Origin: Planctomycetaceae bacterium
GTDB lineage: Bacteria > Planctomycetota > Planctomycetia > Pirellulales > UBA1268
Length of the DNA stretch: 60,545 bases
Assembly (NCBI GenBank): GCA_040376455.1
Contig: JBEIQP010000002.1
Location: 1-60,545, forward strand
Direction of reading: 5' to 3'
The position numbers and the translations under genes were made by a program. Position 1 is the first letter of the stretch. Every line of letters begins with the position of its first letter. Of this stretch, positions 28,847 to 38,430 are shown one piece after another. The notes beneath the pieces were generated by a model. It was not told the DNA's origin. It worked only from the letters and a program-made list of their open reading frames with translations, and did not search any database.

Positions 28847-31800
28847 ATGGAGGCGCCACGCATGACGTGCGGCCGCTGCATGCCGAATGTGCCCGGGCTC
28901 GTTTCGCGGGCCCTCGTCGGGATCCTCTGCTGCCTGGTGGCCCAGGCCGGCCTGGCCCGGGCCGATCAACTCGACCTCCGGGAAGGAGATCACGTCTGCA
29001 TCGTGGGCGGTGGCCTGGCCGACGCCATGCAGCACACCGGCTGGCTGGAGGCGTTGCTTCACAGCCGCTTCCCCGGTCATCGGCTCACGATTCGCAACCT
29101 CGGGTTCGACGGAGACGAAATCGATCCCGCCAAGCGGCTGCGGTCGGCCCATTTCGGCACCCCCGACCAGTGGCTGTCGGGCTCGGCCCCGATTCCCAAG
29201 CCGGCGGCGCTCGCCAGCAAGGAGCACGTCCGCGAGAACCGGTTCGAGTCCACCAACACGAAGGCCGACGTGATCTTCGCCTTTTTCGGCTCGAACGAGG
29301 CCCACGCCGGTCCCGAGGGGCTCGCCGCCTTCAAGGCCCAGGTGGACGCGTTCATCACGCACACGCTCGGGCAGAAGTATGACGGCGTCGAGTCGCCGAA
29401 GCTCGTGATGTTCTCTCCCATCGCCCACGAGGACCTCGCCCGGCCGCACTGGCCCGACGGGTCCGCCCACAACGCGAACCTCGCGATCTACACCGACGCG
29501 CTCGAGGAGGTCTGTGCGCAGCGGGGGGTGGTGTGCGTCGATCTGTTCACGCCCACCACCGAGGCCTATGCGAAAATCAAGGAGCCGCTCACCGAGGACG
29601 GCATCCATCCGAACGAGCGCGGCGACCGGGAGATCTCCCGGATCATCGACGAGTCGCTCTTCGGCGCGGCCCCGGCCCGCGATCCGCGGTCGCTCGCCCG
29701 TCTGCAGAAGGCCGTGGCTGACAAGAATCGCCTCTGGTTCCAGCGGTATCGCGCCACCGACGGCTACTCGGTGTTCGGGGAGCGGGCGTTTCTCAAGTTC
29801 GAGCCCGACCAGCAGAGCAACTACGAGGTGGGGCAGCGGGAGCTCGAATACATCGACGTGATGACGGCCAACCGCGACCGGCGGATCTGGGCCACCGCCG
29901 CGACGCTCGCCGATCCGGCCGCGCCGTTGCCGCCGGTCGAAGAGGTCGGACTGCCGAAACTGCTGGCGGTGAAGACCAACAAGCCGGGGCCGCTGGAAGG
30001 GGGTCGGCACGAGTTCCTCTCGGGCGCCGACGCGATCGGCCGGATGACCGTCCACTCCGGGATGCGCGTGGAATTGGTGGCCGACGAGGTGCGTTTTCCG
30101 GAGCTGATCAACCCGGTGCAGATGTCGTTTGACGCGAAGGGCCGCCTCTGGGTCGCCACCTGGCCAAACTATCCGCACTGGAAGCCGGACGAGGCGATGG
30201 ACGACAAGCTCCTGATCCTCGAGGACGTGGACGGCGACGGAAAGACCGACACGGTCACGACCTTCGCGGGCGACCTGCACAACCCGACGGGCTTCGAGTT
30301 CTGGGGGAAGGGCGTGATGGTGGCGCAGGGGCCGGACGTGCTCTATCTGGAGGACACCGACGGCGACGACCGCTACGACGTCAAGCGGCGGATCATCCAC
30401 GGCCTCGACACCGCCGACACCCACCACGCCGCCAACAGCTTCGCGTTCGACCCGTCGGGCAGCCTCTATTTCCAGGAGGGGACGTTCCACCACTCGCAGC
30501 CCGAGACGCCCTGGGGGCCGCCCGTCCGGGTGGCCAACGGCGCCGTCTTCCGCTACGAGCCGCGGACCGGCCGGATCGCGCTCTACACGTCGTACGAGTT
30601 TGCCAACCCGCACGGCCATGCCTTCGGGCGATGGGGGGACGACATCGTCGTGGACGGCACGATGGCCGCGCCGTTCTGGGGCTCGGTGTTTTCCTCGCGG
30701 CTCAACGGGCTCGACAAGCACACGGCGGCTCCCACCGTCTACGCCCAGCGCACGCGGCCCTGCCCCGGCATCGAGATCGTGTCGGGTGGGCACTTCCCGC
30801 CGGAGATGGAAGGCCAGTTGCTCGTGGGCAACGTGATCGGCTTCCAGGGGATCCTGCGGTATGCGTTCAACCCCGGCAGCGACTCGTTTCCGGTGGCGGT
30901 CGAGGCGGAGCCGATCGTGTCGTCGAGCGATCCGAACTTCCGGCCCGCCGACCTCGAGATCGGCCCCGATGGCGCGCTCTACTTCACCGACTGGCAGAAC
31001 CCGATCATCGGTCACATGCAGCACAACCTCCGCGATCCCAGCCGCGACCGCATCCACGGCCGCGTCTATCGCGTGGTGGTGGCGGACCGGCCGCTCGTGA
31101 AGTCGCCGCCGATCGCCGGCCAGCCGGTCGCGAAGCTCGTGCCGCTGCTCGCCGATCGGGCCGACCGGGTGCGGTATCGTGCCCGCATCGAACTCGCCGG
31201 GCGGCCGGAGGCGGAGGTGCTGCCCGCGGTGCGGGCGTGGCTCGCCGATCTCGACCCCGCCGCGGCCGATTACGAACACCACCAGCTCGAGGCCCTCTGG
31301 ATGCTGCGGCACTTCGACCAGGTCGATCTGCCGCTGCTCGGGAAGGTGCTCGAGTCGCGCGACGCCCGCGCTCGAACGGCCGGCCTCCGGGTGCTTTCCA
31401 CGATCGTGGAGCGCGTGCCGGAGTCGCTCGAGTGGGTGCGCAAGGCGGCGGCGGACGAGGATCCGCGCGTCCGGCTGGAGGCGGTCCGCACGGCCACGTT
31501 CCTCACGGCGCCTGAAGCGGTCGAAGTGCTGGCGCTCGTGGAGCAATTTCCCAGCGACCGGTTTCTCAAATACGTGACCAAGGAGGCGGCCCGGGTGCTG
31601 CATCCGCAGTGGCGGGCCCGTCCGGCAGGCACGGCCCTGACGACGGAGATCGGGCGGCGGTACGTGCTCCGGCTGCTGACGAACGACGAGCTCGTGCGGG
31701 AGGCGCCGTCGGTGGACGTGTATCGCGAGATGCTCCTCAGAAACGGCCTCGAGGAGAAGTATCGGCGGTTGGCCGTGGAAGAGCTCGCGAAGGCCGACAA

Positions 31801-33967
31801 GACGAGCGTGGTGAAGGTCGTCGCCGACGCGCTGGCCGCGGTCGATCGGCAGGAAGGGGAGGTCGATCCGAACACCATCTACGAGCTGATCCGGCTGCTG
31901 CTGGATCAGCCGCCGGCGGAGGTCGCGGCGTTTCGGGGCGACATGGAGCGCTTCGCCACCTCGGCGCGGCGGCCCGCCATGCGGCGGGTCGGCTACGTGG
32001 CGGTGATGGCCGTCGATGCGGCCGGCGGCGGCAACGCCACGGCGAAGGCATGGGAGCTGGCGCAGGGGGATTCCGCGCGGATGATCGACCTGATCGGCGC
32101 GCTGTCGATGGTTTCCGATCCCGCCGCGCGGGCGAGCCTCTATGAACGGCTCCTGCCCCTCGTCGAGTTGCCGGCCGGCGGGCAACCGCAGGCGTCGGGA
32201 CTGCCGTGCCGCTATGTGCGGGTGCAGATTTTCGGCACGACCCGAACCCTGACGCTCGCCGAGGTGGAGGTGTTTTCGGGGGGCGTGAACGTCGCCCTGG
32301 GCGGCACCGCCTCCCAGAAGAACACCGCAGAGGGGGGCGTGGCAGGGCGGGCGATCGACGGCAACCCCGACCCGGACTTCCAGAAGGGGAGCCAGACCCA
32401 CAGTGAGCCGGGCACCAACGATCCCTGGTGGGAGGTGGATCTCGGGACGCCGCGGATCGTGGAGCGCGTGATGATTCACAACCGCCAGGGGGCGCTCGGC
32501 ACCCGCCTCAAGGAATTCAAGATCACGGTGCTGGATGGAGACCGGAAGGAGGTCTTCATGGCCGAGAACCAGCCCGCGCCGGAGTTGACCGCCGAGTTCG
32601 AGATGGCCCCCAAGCCCGAGATGCTGGCCGTGGCCGTGCGGCGGGCCGCCTTCGCGGCGCTGGCCGGCGTTCGCGGCCGCGAACGGGAGACCTTCGAGAA
32701 GCTCGCGCCCTACGTTCGCAGCGGGGTCGATCGCGACGCGGCCATCCGCGCGCTGGCCACGATTCCGATTTCGGCCTGGCCGGCCGACCAAGCGGAGCCG
32801 CTGCTCGACGCGCTGACCGGGGCGATGAAGGCTGCCACGGCGGCCGAACGGGCGAGCGACAGCGGCCTGGCCGCCTGGCAGTTTGCCGAGAACCTCACCA
32901 CGCTCCTGCCGCCCGCGGAGGGCAAGGCCCGCCGGGCGGTGCTCGCCGACCTCGGCGTGCGTGTCGTGCGGATCGGGACGGTCTACGAGCGGATGGCGTA
33001 TGACCAGGAGACGGTCGCCGTGCAGGCGGGCCGGCCGGTGCTCTTCGTGCTCGAGAACGCCGACACGATGCCGCACAACTTCGTGATCACGAAGCCGGGG
33101 CGGATGCAGGCGGTGGGCGAGCAGGCCGAGCAGGAGGCGCAGCGGCCCGAGTTCGCGAAGCAAGGTTTCGTGCCGGCGTCGCCCGACGTGCTCGCCGCCA
33201 GCACGCTCATGCAGCCGCAGGCCTCGCAGCGGGTCGCGTTCACCGCGCCGACCGAGCCGGGCGTGTATCCCTACGTCTGCACCTACCCGGGGCATTGGCG
33301 GCGGATGTTCGGCGCCCTCTACGTGGTGGACGATCTGGAGTCGTATCTGGCCGACTCGAAGGCGTATCTGGCGGCGCATCCGCTCCCGATCAAGGACGCC
33401 CTCCTCGAGGATCGCCGGCCGCGGACGGCCTGGGCCCTGTCGGACCTGGAGGACAGCCTCGCCTCCCTGGAGAAGGGACGGTCGTTTCTGCACGGCCGGG
33501 AACTGTTTCGCACGGCGTCGTGCATCTCCTGCCACAAGATCGGCGATGCCGGCAACGCCTTCGGGCCGGAACTGTCGAAGCTCGACGCGGCGATGACGCC
33601 CGTGGAGATCGCCCGCCACATCCTGGAGCCGTCGTTGCGGATCGAGGAGAAGTATCGGGCGACGACGATCCTCACGGACGACGGCCGGGCGGTCACGGGC
33701 CTCGTCGTGGAGGAGACGCCGAACGAGGTCGCGATCGTCGAGAATCCGCTGGCCAAGGCCGATCCGCTGCGGATTCCGCGGGCCGAGATCGAGGAGCGGA
33801 CGACGTCGCCGGTGTCGATCATGCCGAAGGGCCTGCTCGACAAGCTCTCCCGCGACGAGGTGCTCGACCTGATCGCCTACGTCGCCGCCCGGGGGCAGGA
33901 GTCGAGCAGCCTGTTCAGCCCGGATGGCTGTCCCCACCACGAGCCCGCGCCGAGCGTGAAACCATGA
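28847..33967 (+). CDS. 1,706-aa exported mosaic protein: SGNH-like + dehydrogenase-like beta-propeller + HEAT + F5/8 type C (discoidin)-like + azurin-type cupredoxin + c-type heme (PVC CxxCH) modules
   Basis: Signal-like N-terminus. SGNH blocks are FFGSNEA and EDGIHPNERG, but block I reads VGGGLAD. The propeller includes VQMSFDAKGRLWVATW…LILEDVDGDGKTD. Discoidin-like region: CRYVRVQIFG…AIDGNPD…WWEVDLG. Cupredoxin region: MPHNFVIT…YVCTYPGHWRRM. Heme motif: CISCH at 33521-33535. Confidence 0.8.
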   Translation: MEAPRMTCGRCMPNVPGLVSRALVGILCCLVAQAGLARADQLDLREGDHVCIVGGGLADAMQHTGWLEALLHSRFPGHRLTIRNLGFDGDEIDPAKRLRSAHFGTPDQWLSGSAPIPKPAALASKEHVRENRFESTNTKADVIFAFFGSNEAHAGPEGLAAFKAQVDAFITHTLGQKYDGVESPKLVMFSPIAHEDLARPHWPDGSAHNANLAIYTDALEEVCAQRGVVCVDLFTPTTEAYAKIKEPLTEDGIHPNERGDREISRIIDESLFGAAPARDPRSLARLQKAVADKNRLWFQRYRATDGYSVFGERAFLKFEPDQQSNYEVGQRELEYIDVMTANRDRRIWATAATLADPAAPLPPVEEVGLPKLLAVKTNKPGPLEGGRHEFLSGADAIGRMTVHSGMRVELVADEVRFPELINPVQMSFDAKGRLWVATWPNYPHWKPDEAMDDKLLILEDVDGDGKTDTVTTFAGDLHNPTGFEFWGKGVMVAQGPDVLYLEDTDGDDRYDVKRRIIHGLDTADTHHAANSFAFDPSGSLYFQEGTFHHSQPETPWGPPVRVANGAVFRYEPRTGRIALYTSYEFANPHGHAFGRWGDDIVVDGTMAAPFWGSVFSSRLNGLDKHTAAPTVYAQRTRPCPGIEIVSGGHFPPEMEGQLLVGNVIGFQGILRYAFNPGSDSFPVAVEAEPIVSSSDPNFRPADLEIGPDGALYFTDWQNPIIGHMQHNLRDPSRDRIHGRVYRVVVADRPLVKSPPIAGQPVAKLVPLLADRADRVRYRARIELAGRPEAEVLPAVRAWLADLDPAAADYEHHQLEALWMLRHFDQVDLPLLGKVLESRDARARTAGLRVLSTIVERVPESLEWVRKAAADEDPRVRLEAVRTATFLTAPEAVEVLALVEQFPSDRFLKYVTKEAARVLHPQWRARPAGTALTTEIGRRYVLRLLTNDELVREAPSVDVYREMLLRNGLEEKYRRLAVEELAKADKTSVVKVVADALAAVDRQEGEVDPNTIYELIRLLLDQPPAEVAAFRGDMERFATSARRPAMRRVGYVAVMAVDAAGGGNATAKAWELAQGDSARMIDLIGALSMVSDPAARASLYERLLPLVELPAGGQPQASGLPCRYVRVQIFGTTRTLTLAEVEVFSGGVNVALGGTASQKNTAEGGVAGRAIDGNPDPDFQKGSQTHSEPGTNDPWWEVDLGTPRIVERVMIHNRQGALGTRLKEFKITVLDGDRKEVFMAENQPAPELTAEFEMAPKPEMLAVAVRRAAFAALAGVRGRERETFEKLAPYVRSGVDRDAAIRALATIPISAWPADQAEPLLDALTGAMKAATAAERASDSGLAAWQFAENLTTLLPPAEGKARRAVLADLGVRVVRIGTVYERMAYDQETVAVQAGRPVLFVLENADTMPHNFVITKPGRMQAVGEQAEQEAQRPEFAKQGFVPASPDVLAASTLMQPQASQRVAFTAPTEPGVYPYVCTYPGHWRRMFGALYVVDDLESYLADSKAYLAAHPLPIKDALLEDRRPRTAWALSDLEDSLASLEKGRSFLHGRELFRTASCISCHKIGDAGNAFGPELSKLDAAMTPVEIARHILEPSLRIEEKYRATTILTDDGRAVTGLVVEETPNEVAIVENPLAKADPLRIPRAEIEERTTSPVSIMPKGLLDKLSRDEVLDLIAYVAARGQESSSLFSPDGCPHHEPAPSVKP

Positions 33968-34686
33968 GCGAAGACAGGTCCGAGGGCGGAAAGGCGATCC
34001 GGCCGCTCGACGCCAATGAGCGGCGGGTGCTCGGCGTGTTGATCGAGAAGGGAAAGACCACGCCCGATCAGTATCCCCTCTCGCTCAACGGGCTCGTCAC
34101 CGGCTGCAATCAGAAGAGCAACCGCGACCCCGTGATGACGCTCGACGAGGAGCAGGTGATGCGGGCGGTGGCGAGCCTGCGGCAGTGCGGCGCGATGGCG
34201 GAGGTCTTCGGCAGCGGCAAGATTCCGCGCTACCGGCACCTCGCCTACGAGTGGCTCGGCGTGGGCAAGGAGGAGTTGGCGATCATTGCCGAACTGCTCC
34301 TGCGCGGCGAGCAGAGCGAGGGCGATCTCCGGGGGCGGGCGAGCCGGATGGATCCGATCTCCGACCTGAACGTGCTGCGGACGCACCTCGACAACCTGGC
34401 CGCCCGGGGGCTCGTGATCTGGCTCTCGCCTCCGGGCCGTGGCCGGCTGCTCACGCACGGCCTCCTCCCGCCGGAAAAGCTCGAGAAGGTGCGTGCGCAG
34501 GTGGCGCTGGGCGGCTTCCCGGCGCCGGAGGCCGCGGCCGCCGAGCCGGATTCCGGCGCGGGGGCCGTCGCGGACGGGGCCACCGGTCTGGAGGGTCGGG
34601 TGGCGGCGCTCGAGGAGGCGGTGGCCGCCCTCCGCGCCCGGTTGGCCGCGCTCGAAGCAGGAGAGGCACGCCCCGATGAATCGTGA
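33964..34686 (+). CDS. YceH-like DUF480 winged-helix protein
   Basis: ERRVLGVLIEKGKTTPDQYPLSLNGLVTGCNQKSNRDPVM…LAIIAELLLRGEQSEGDLRGRASRM… plus a C-terminal coiled coil LEGRVAALEEAVAALRARLAALE. This closely resembles E. coli YceH as I recall it. Its ATG overlaps the upstream stop (ATGA at 33964-33967). Confidence 0.85.
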   Translation: MSEDRSEGGKAIRPLDANERRVLGVLIEKGKTTPDQYPLSLNGLVTGCNQKSNRDPVMTLDEEQVMRAVASLRQCGAMAEVFGSGKIPRYRHLAYEWLGVGKEELAIIAELLLRGEQSEGDLRGRASRMDPISDLNVLRTHLDNLAARGLVIWLSPPGRGRLLTHGLLPPEKLEKVRAQVALGGFPAPEAAAAEPDSGAGAVADGATGLEGRVAALEEAVAALRARLAALEAGEARPDES

Positions 34687-34695
34687 TCGAAGCCG

Positions 34696-37527
34696 ATGCC
34701 CGCATGCGGCCCCCGGACACAGCCGGCGATGAAACCCGACGAGCGTGGCCGCCCCGACGCCGCAGCACGGCCGGCCGCCGCGATGGCGGGCGACGAGGCG
34801 TCGAACCCGGCGGCGACGGACCGGGAGAGCCTGCTCGCCCGCATCGCCCAGCAGCAGCATGCGCTCGACGAGCATGCGATCGTCGCGATCACGGACGTGA
34901 CCGGGCGGATCACGTACGCCAACGACAAATTCTGCCAGATCAGCCAGTACTCCAGCGATGAACTGATCGGCCAGAACCACCGGCTCATCAATTCGGGGCA
35001 TCATCCGCGCGAGTTTTTCGCCGACATGTACCGCACCATCGCCGGTGGCCGCACGTGGCGCGGGGAGATCTGCAACCGGGCGAAGGACGGGTCGCTGTAC
35101 TGGGTGGACACGACGATCGTGCCCTGGAAGGACGCCGCCGGCGCGCCCCAGCAGTACATCGCGATCCGCACCGACATCACCGACCGCAAGAAGGCGCAGT
35201 CGCTGATCGAGCGAACCAATCGCCACCTGACCGACTATCTCGAAAATGCGAGCGTCTGCCTCAACTGGACCGGGCCGGACGGCACCATCCTCTGGGCGAA
35301 CCGTGCCGAGTTGAATCTGCTCGGCTACTCGCGCGACGACTACGTGGGCCGCAGGATCGACGAGTTTCTGGCCGACCCGGCCGATGCCGAGGGGCTGCCG
35401 CGCGACCTGGCCCGCGGGGCGAGCACGGTCAATCGCGAGGTGCGGCTGCTGGCCAAAGACGGCACGATCAAGACCATCTCCCTCACGGCCGACCCGTACC
35501 GGGAGGACGGCAGGCTGATCCACACCCGCTGTTTTGCCGTCGATATCACCGCCCGCAAGCAGGCCGAGAACGACCTGTCGAGTTTTTTCCTCACGTCCCT
35601 CGATCTCCACTGCATCGCCGGAATCGACGGCTTCTTCAGGCGAGTCAACCCCGCCTTCTCGAAAACGCTCGGCTGGAGCACGGAGCTGCTCATGGAGCGG
35701 TCGTTCCTCGAATTCGTCCATCCCGAGGACCACGCCGGCACGGTCGGCGTTCTCCGGCAACTGGCCGAAGGCGAGATCCTCCACCGCTACGAGAATCGCT
35801 ACCTGTGCGCCAACGGCGAATGGAAGACGATCGCCTGGCGGGCCGTCGCCGACCCGGACGGCAACGTCTACGCGACGGGACGCGACGTCACGGCCGAGAT
35901 CGCGGCCGCGGAGCGGCTGCGGCAGAGCGAGGAGAACCTGGCCACCACGCTCCGGTCGATCCGGGAAGCCGTCGTCACCACCGACGCCGACGGTCGGGTG
36001 GTGCAGATGAACCTGGCGGCCGAGCGGCTGACGGGCTGGACGCAGCGCGACGCGAACGGCAAGCCGGTCGCGGAGGTCTGCCGCGTGTTCGACGAGGAGA
36101 GCCGGCGGCCGTTCGAACTGTCCATCCGGCGGGTCATCGAGACCGGCCAGCCCGTCGAGATCGGCGAGACGACGCACCTGGAGCCGCGGAGCGGCCCCCG
36201 GACGGCGGTGGATCTCGTGGCCACGCCGCTCCGCGGCCAGCGGGGCGAAAGCGGCGGCGTGGTGCTCGTGCTGCGGGACGTGAGCGAGGCCCGGAACCAG
36301 CGCGGCATCATCAGGCGACAGAGCGAGCTCCTCGACGAGTTGCGGGCCGTCCAGGAGGCGTTCATCCTCCAGCCAGACGGCCAGCAGGCATTCGAGCGAC
36401 TGTTGTTGGTCCTGCTGCGGTTCACCCAGAGCGAATACGGCTTCATCGGCGAGGTTCTGCACGATCCCGACGGGGCCCCGTATCTGAAGACCAACGCCCT
36501 GACCAATATCGCGTGGACCGACGAACTGCGGGAGCTCTACGCCAAGCACACCCTGCAGGGAGGGCTCGAGTTCCGCAATCTGCAGACCCTCTTCGGCCGG
36601 GTCATGACCACGCTGGAGCCGGTGATCTCCAACCATCCCGAGGCCGATCCGCGCCGCGGCGGACTGCCTGTCGGCCATCCACCGCTCCGTGCGTTCCTCG
36701 GCATTCCGATCATCGCGCAGTCGAAGATCATCGGCATGATCGGCACGGCCAATCGCCCGGGCGGCTATGACGAGGGGATGCTGCACGATCTCGAGCCCCT
36801 GATCGCCACGTACACGAACCTGATCCTGGCACGCCGGTCGCGGCTGTCGCGAGTGAAGGCCGAGGAGCAGGTGCGCGAGCAGGGGGCGCTGCTCGCACAG
36901 AAGCTGAACCTGCTGCAGGAGGTTCATCACCGCGTCAAGAACAACCTCCAGATCATCTCCAGCCTTCTCGCCCTGCAGCAGACGGAGGCCACGCAGCCGC
37001 AGGTGGTCGAGCAGTTGCAGATCAGCCGGTCGCGGATCGCCGCGGTCGCGCTCCTGCACGACATGCTGTACCGCTCGGAGACGATGGACGAGGTGAATCT
37101 CGTGCTGTTTCTGGAGGAGCTGGTGCGGCGGGTTCGCGAGGCGCTGTGTGATGCGGCGGCGCACGTGCGGTTCACGGTGGAGGGCCCGCCCGGCCTGGTT
37201 CTGACGCAGGAGCAGGCGGGGCCGGTGGCGCTGATCGTCAATGAAATGGCCACCAATGCCGTGAAGCACGCATTTCCCGGCCGCCGGCAGGGGCACGTCG
37301 CGATCCGGGCGCGTATGCTGGAGGACGGAGCCGGCGCGGAGCCGGCCATGGCCATCGAGGTGCGCGACGACGGCGTCGGCTACGACGACCAGGCCACGCG
37401 TCCCGATTCCGCGGGGCTCGGCTCCAGGATCGTGGAGCGGTTGGCCACGCAACTGCACGGCACGACGAGCCGCATGACCGGACCAGGAGGAACGACATGG
37501 ACCTTACAGATTCCGCGATGCCGTTGA
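34696..37527 (+). CDS. soluble multi-PAS / GAF sensor histidine kinase (HisKA_2/HWE-type H-box)
   Basis: No hydrophobic N-terminal segment. Several PAS-like units are present (…[30 protein letters not shown]…, …[23 protein letters not shown]…). A GAF-like block follows (…[10 protein letters not shown]…). The H-box is [20 protein letters not shown], and a HATPase segment comes next (…[14 protein letters not shown]…GLGSRIVE). Confidence 0.85.
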   Translation: MPACGPRTQPAMKPDERGRPDAAARPAAAMAGDEASNPAATDRESLLARIAQQQHALDEHAIVAITDVTGRITYANDKFCQISQYSSDELIGQNHRLINSGHHPREFFADMYRTIAGGRTWRGEICNRAKDGSLYWVDTTIVPWKDAAGAPQQYIAIRTDITDRKKAQSLIERTNRHLTDYLENASVCLNWTGPDGTILWANRAELNLLGYSRDDYVGRRIDEFLADPADAEGLPRDLARGASTVNREVRLLAKDGTIKTISLTADPYREDGRLIHTRCFAVDITARKQAENDLSSFFLTSLDLHCIAGIDGFFRRVNPAFSKTLGWSTELLMERSFLEFVHPEDHAGTVGVLRQLAEGEILHRYENRYLCANGEWKTIAWRAVADPDGNVYATGRDVTAEIAAAERLRQSEENLATTLRSIREAVVTTDADGRVVQMNLAAERLTGWTQRDANGKPVAEVCRVFDEESRRPFELSIRRVIETGQPVEIGETTHLEPRSGPRTAVDLVATPLRGQRGESGGVVLVLRDVSEARNQRGIIRRQSELLDELRAVQEAFILQPDGQQAFERLLLVLLRFTQSEYGFIGEVLHDPDGAPYLKTNALTNIAWTDELRELYAKHTLQGGLEFRNLQTLFGRVMTTLEPVISNHPEADPRRGGLPVGHPPLRAFLGIPIIAQSKIIGMIGTANRPGGYDEGMLHDLEPLIATYTNLILARRSRLSRVKAEEQVREQGALLAQKLNLLQEVHHRVKNNLQIISSLLALQQTEATQPQVVEQLQISRSRIAAVALLHDMLYRSETMDEVNLVLFLEELVRRVREALCDAAAHVRFTVEGPPGLVLTQEQAGPVALIVNEMATNAVKHAFPGRRQGHVAIRARMLEDGAGAEPAMAIEVRDDGVGYDDQATRPDSAGLGSRIVERLATQLHGTTSRMTGPGGTTWTLQIPRCR

Positions 37528-38165
37528 ACGAGTCCCGCTCTGCCTCCGCGGTGCTCGTCGTGGAGGACGAGGCCGTCATCGCGATGGAGATCGAGTCGCG
37601 ACTGAAGGTCATGGGCTATCGCGTCGTCGGCTGTGCCGCCTCGAGCCAGGAGGCGCTGGCGATCGTGGCGCGGGACCGGCCGGACGTGATCCTGATGGAC
37701 ATCAACATCCAGGGCGGCCGCGATGGCGTGGAGGTGGCCAAAGAGATGCGGCGGGAACATGGGATCCCCTCGATTTTTCTGACCGCCTACGGCGACGACG
37801 CGACGATCCGCCGGGCTGCCGAAAGCAACCCGCTGAGTTTTTTGACGAAGCCATTCAGCGATCGGGAGGTGCGGGCGGCCATCGAGATCGGGCTCTACCG
37901 GCAGGCGAAGGAGGAGGAGTTGCGGCGCTCCCGCGAGCAACTCGAGAAGAAGAACCAGGAGCTCTCCGCGGCCCTCGCTTCGATCCGCGTGCTGCAGGGC
38001 CTGCTGCCGATGTGCGCGTGGTGCAAGCACATCCGCGACGACAAGGGCTACTGGCAGGAGGTCGCCGACTATCTCGCGGCCCATACCGACGCCGACCTCG
38101 CCCCCACGGTCTGCCCGGCGTGTGCCCGCGAATTCGGCCTGCCGTTTCCGCACGCGCAGAGTTGA
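37497..38165 (+). CDS. response regulator: receiver domain + coiled coil + C-terminal Cys-rich module ([12 protein letters not shown]…CPAC)
   Basis: Receiver motifs are [18 protein letters not shown] and FLTAYGD…KPF. The C-terminus is [45 protein letters not shown]. It overlaps the kinase 3' end; an alternative ATG is at 37518. Confidence 0.85.
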   Translation: MDLTDSAMPLNESRSASAVLVVEDEAVIAMEIESRLKVMGYRVVGCAASSQEALAIVARDRPDVILMDINIQGGRDGVEVAKEMRREHGIPSIFLTAYGDDATIRRAAESNPLSFLTKPFSDREVRAAIEIGLYRQAKEEELRRSREQLEKKNQELSAALASIRVLQGLLPMCAWCKHIRDDKGYWQEVADYLAAHTDADLAPTVCPACAREFGLPFPHAQS

Positions 38166-38188
38166 CTCGGCGCGGGCGTTGCCGAGAG

Positions 38189-38271
38189 TGCCGGAGGAGG
38201 GACTTGAACCCACACGCCCTTGCGGGCAACGGATTTTGAGTCCGCCGCGTCTGCCATTCCGCCACTCCGGC
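38189..38271 (-). tRNA. tRNA-Leu (anticodon CAA), class II with long variable arm; CCA not encoded
   Basis: Reverse complement: GCCGGAGTGGCGGAATGGCAGACGCGGCGGACTCAAAATCCGTTGCCCGCAAGGGCGTGTGGGTTCAAGTCCCTCCTCCGGCA. It has a 7-bp acceptor stem (GCCGGAG/CTCCGGC), anticodon loop CTCAAAA, T-arm GGGTTCAAGTCCC and discriminator A. Confidence 0.9.
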
Positions 38272-38430
38272 TCGTGAGAGGCGTCTCGACCCTGAACAGA
38301 CTACGTCAGCACGCAGGGCGTTGCCAGACAGGGTACAGTTAAGCCGGATTCGCGAGCGGACCGGCCCGGTCGATCCGCTCGCAGGGGGCCCGCGCACGCG
38401 GTTCGGTCCGGCAACCTGGGGTGCATCGGC

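Noticed and set aside
33295-34686. 463-aa + strand ORF. Similar N-terminally extended ORFs are 40711-41514, 52671-53267, 42025-43008 and 3424-3927.
   Set aside because: The extensions overlap upstream genes or intergenic DNA and read as junk. Internal ATG starts give proteins that match family N-termini: YceH 33964, receiver 41196, 91-aa ORF 52946, CPBP 42867, rpiB 3867.
38189-38271. tRNA-Leu as a genomic-island integration site.
   Set aside because: There is no integrase, no duplicated tRNA 3' fragment and no compositional shift on either side within the window.
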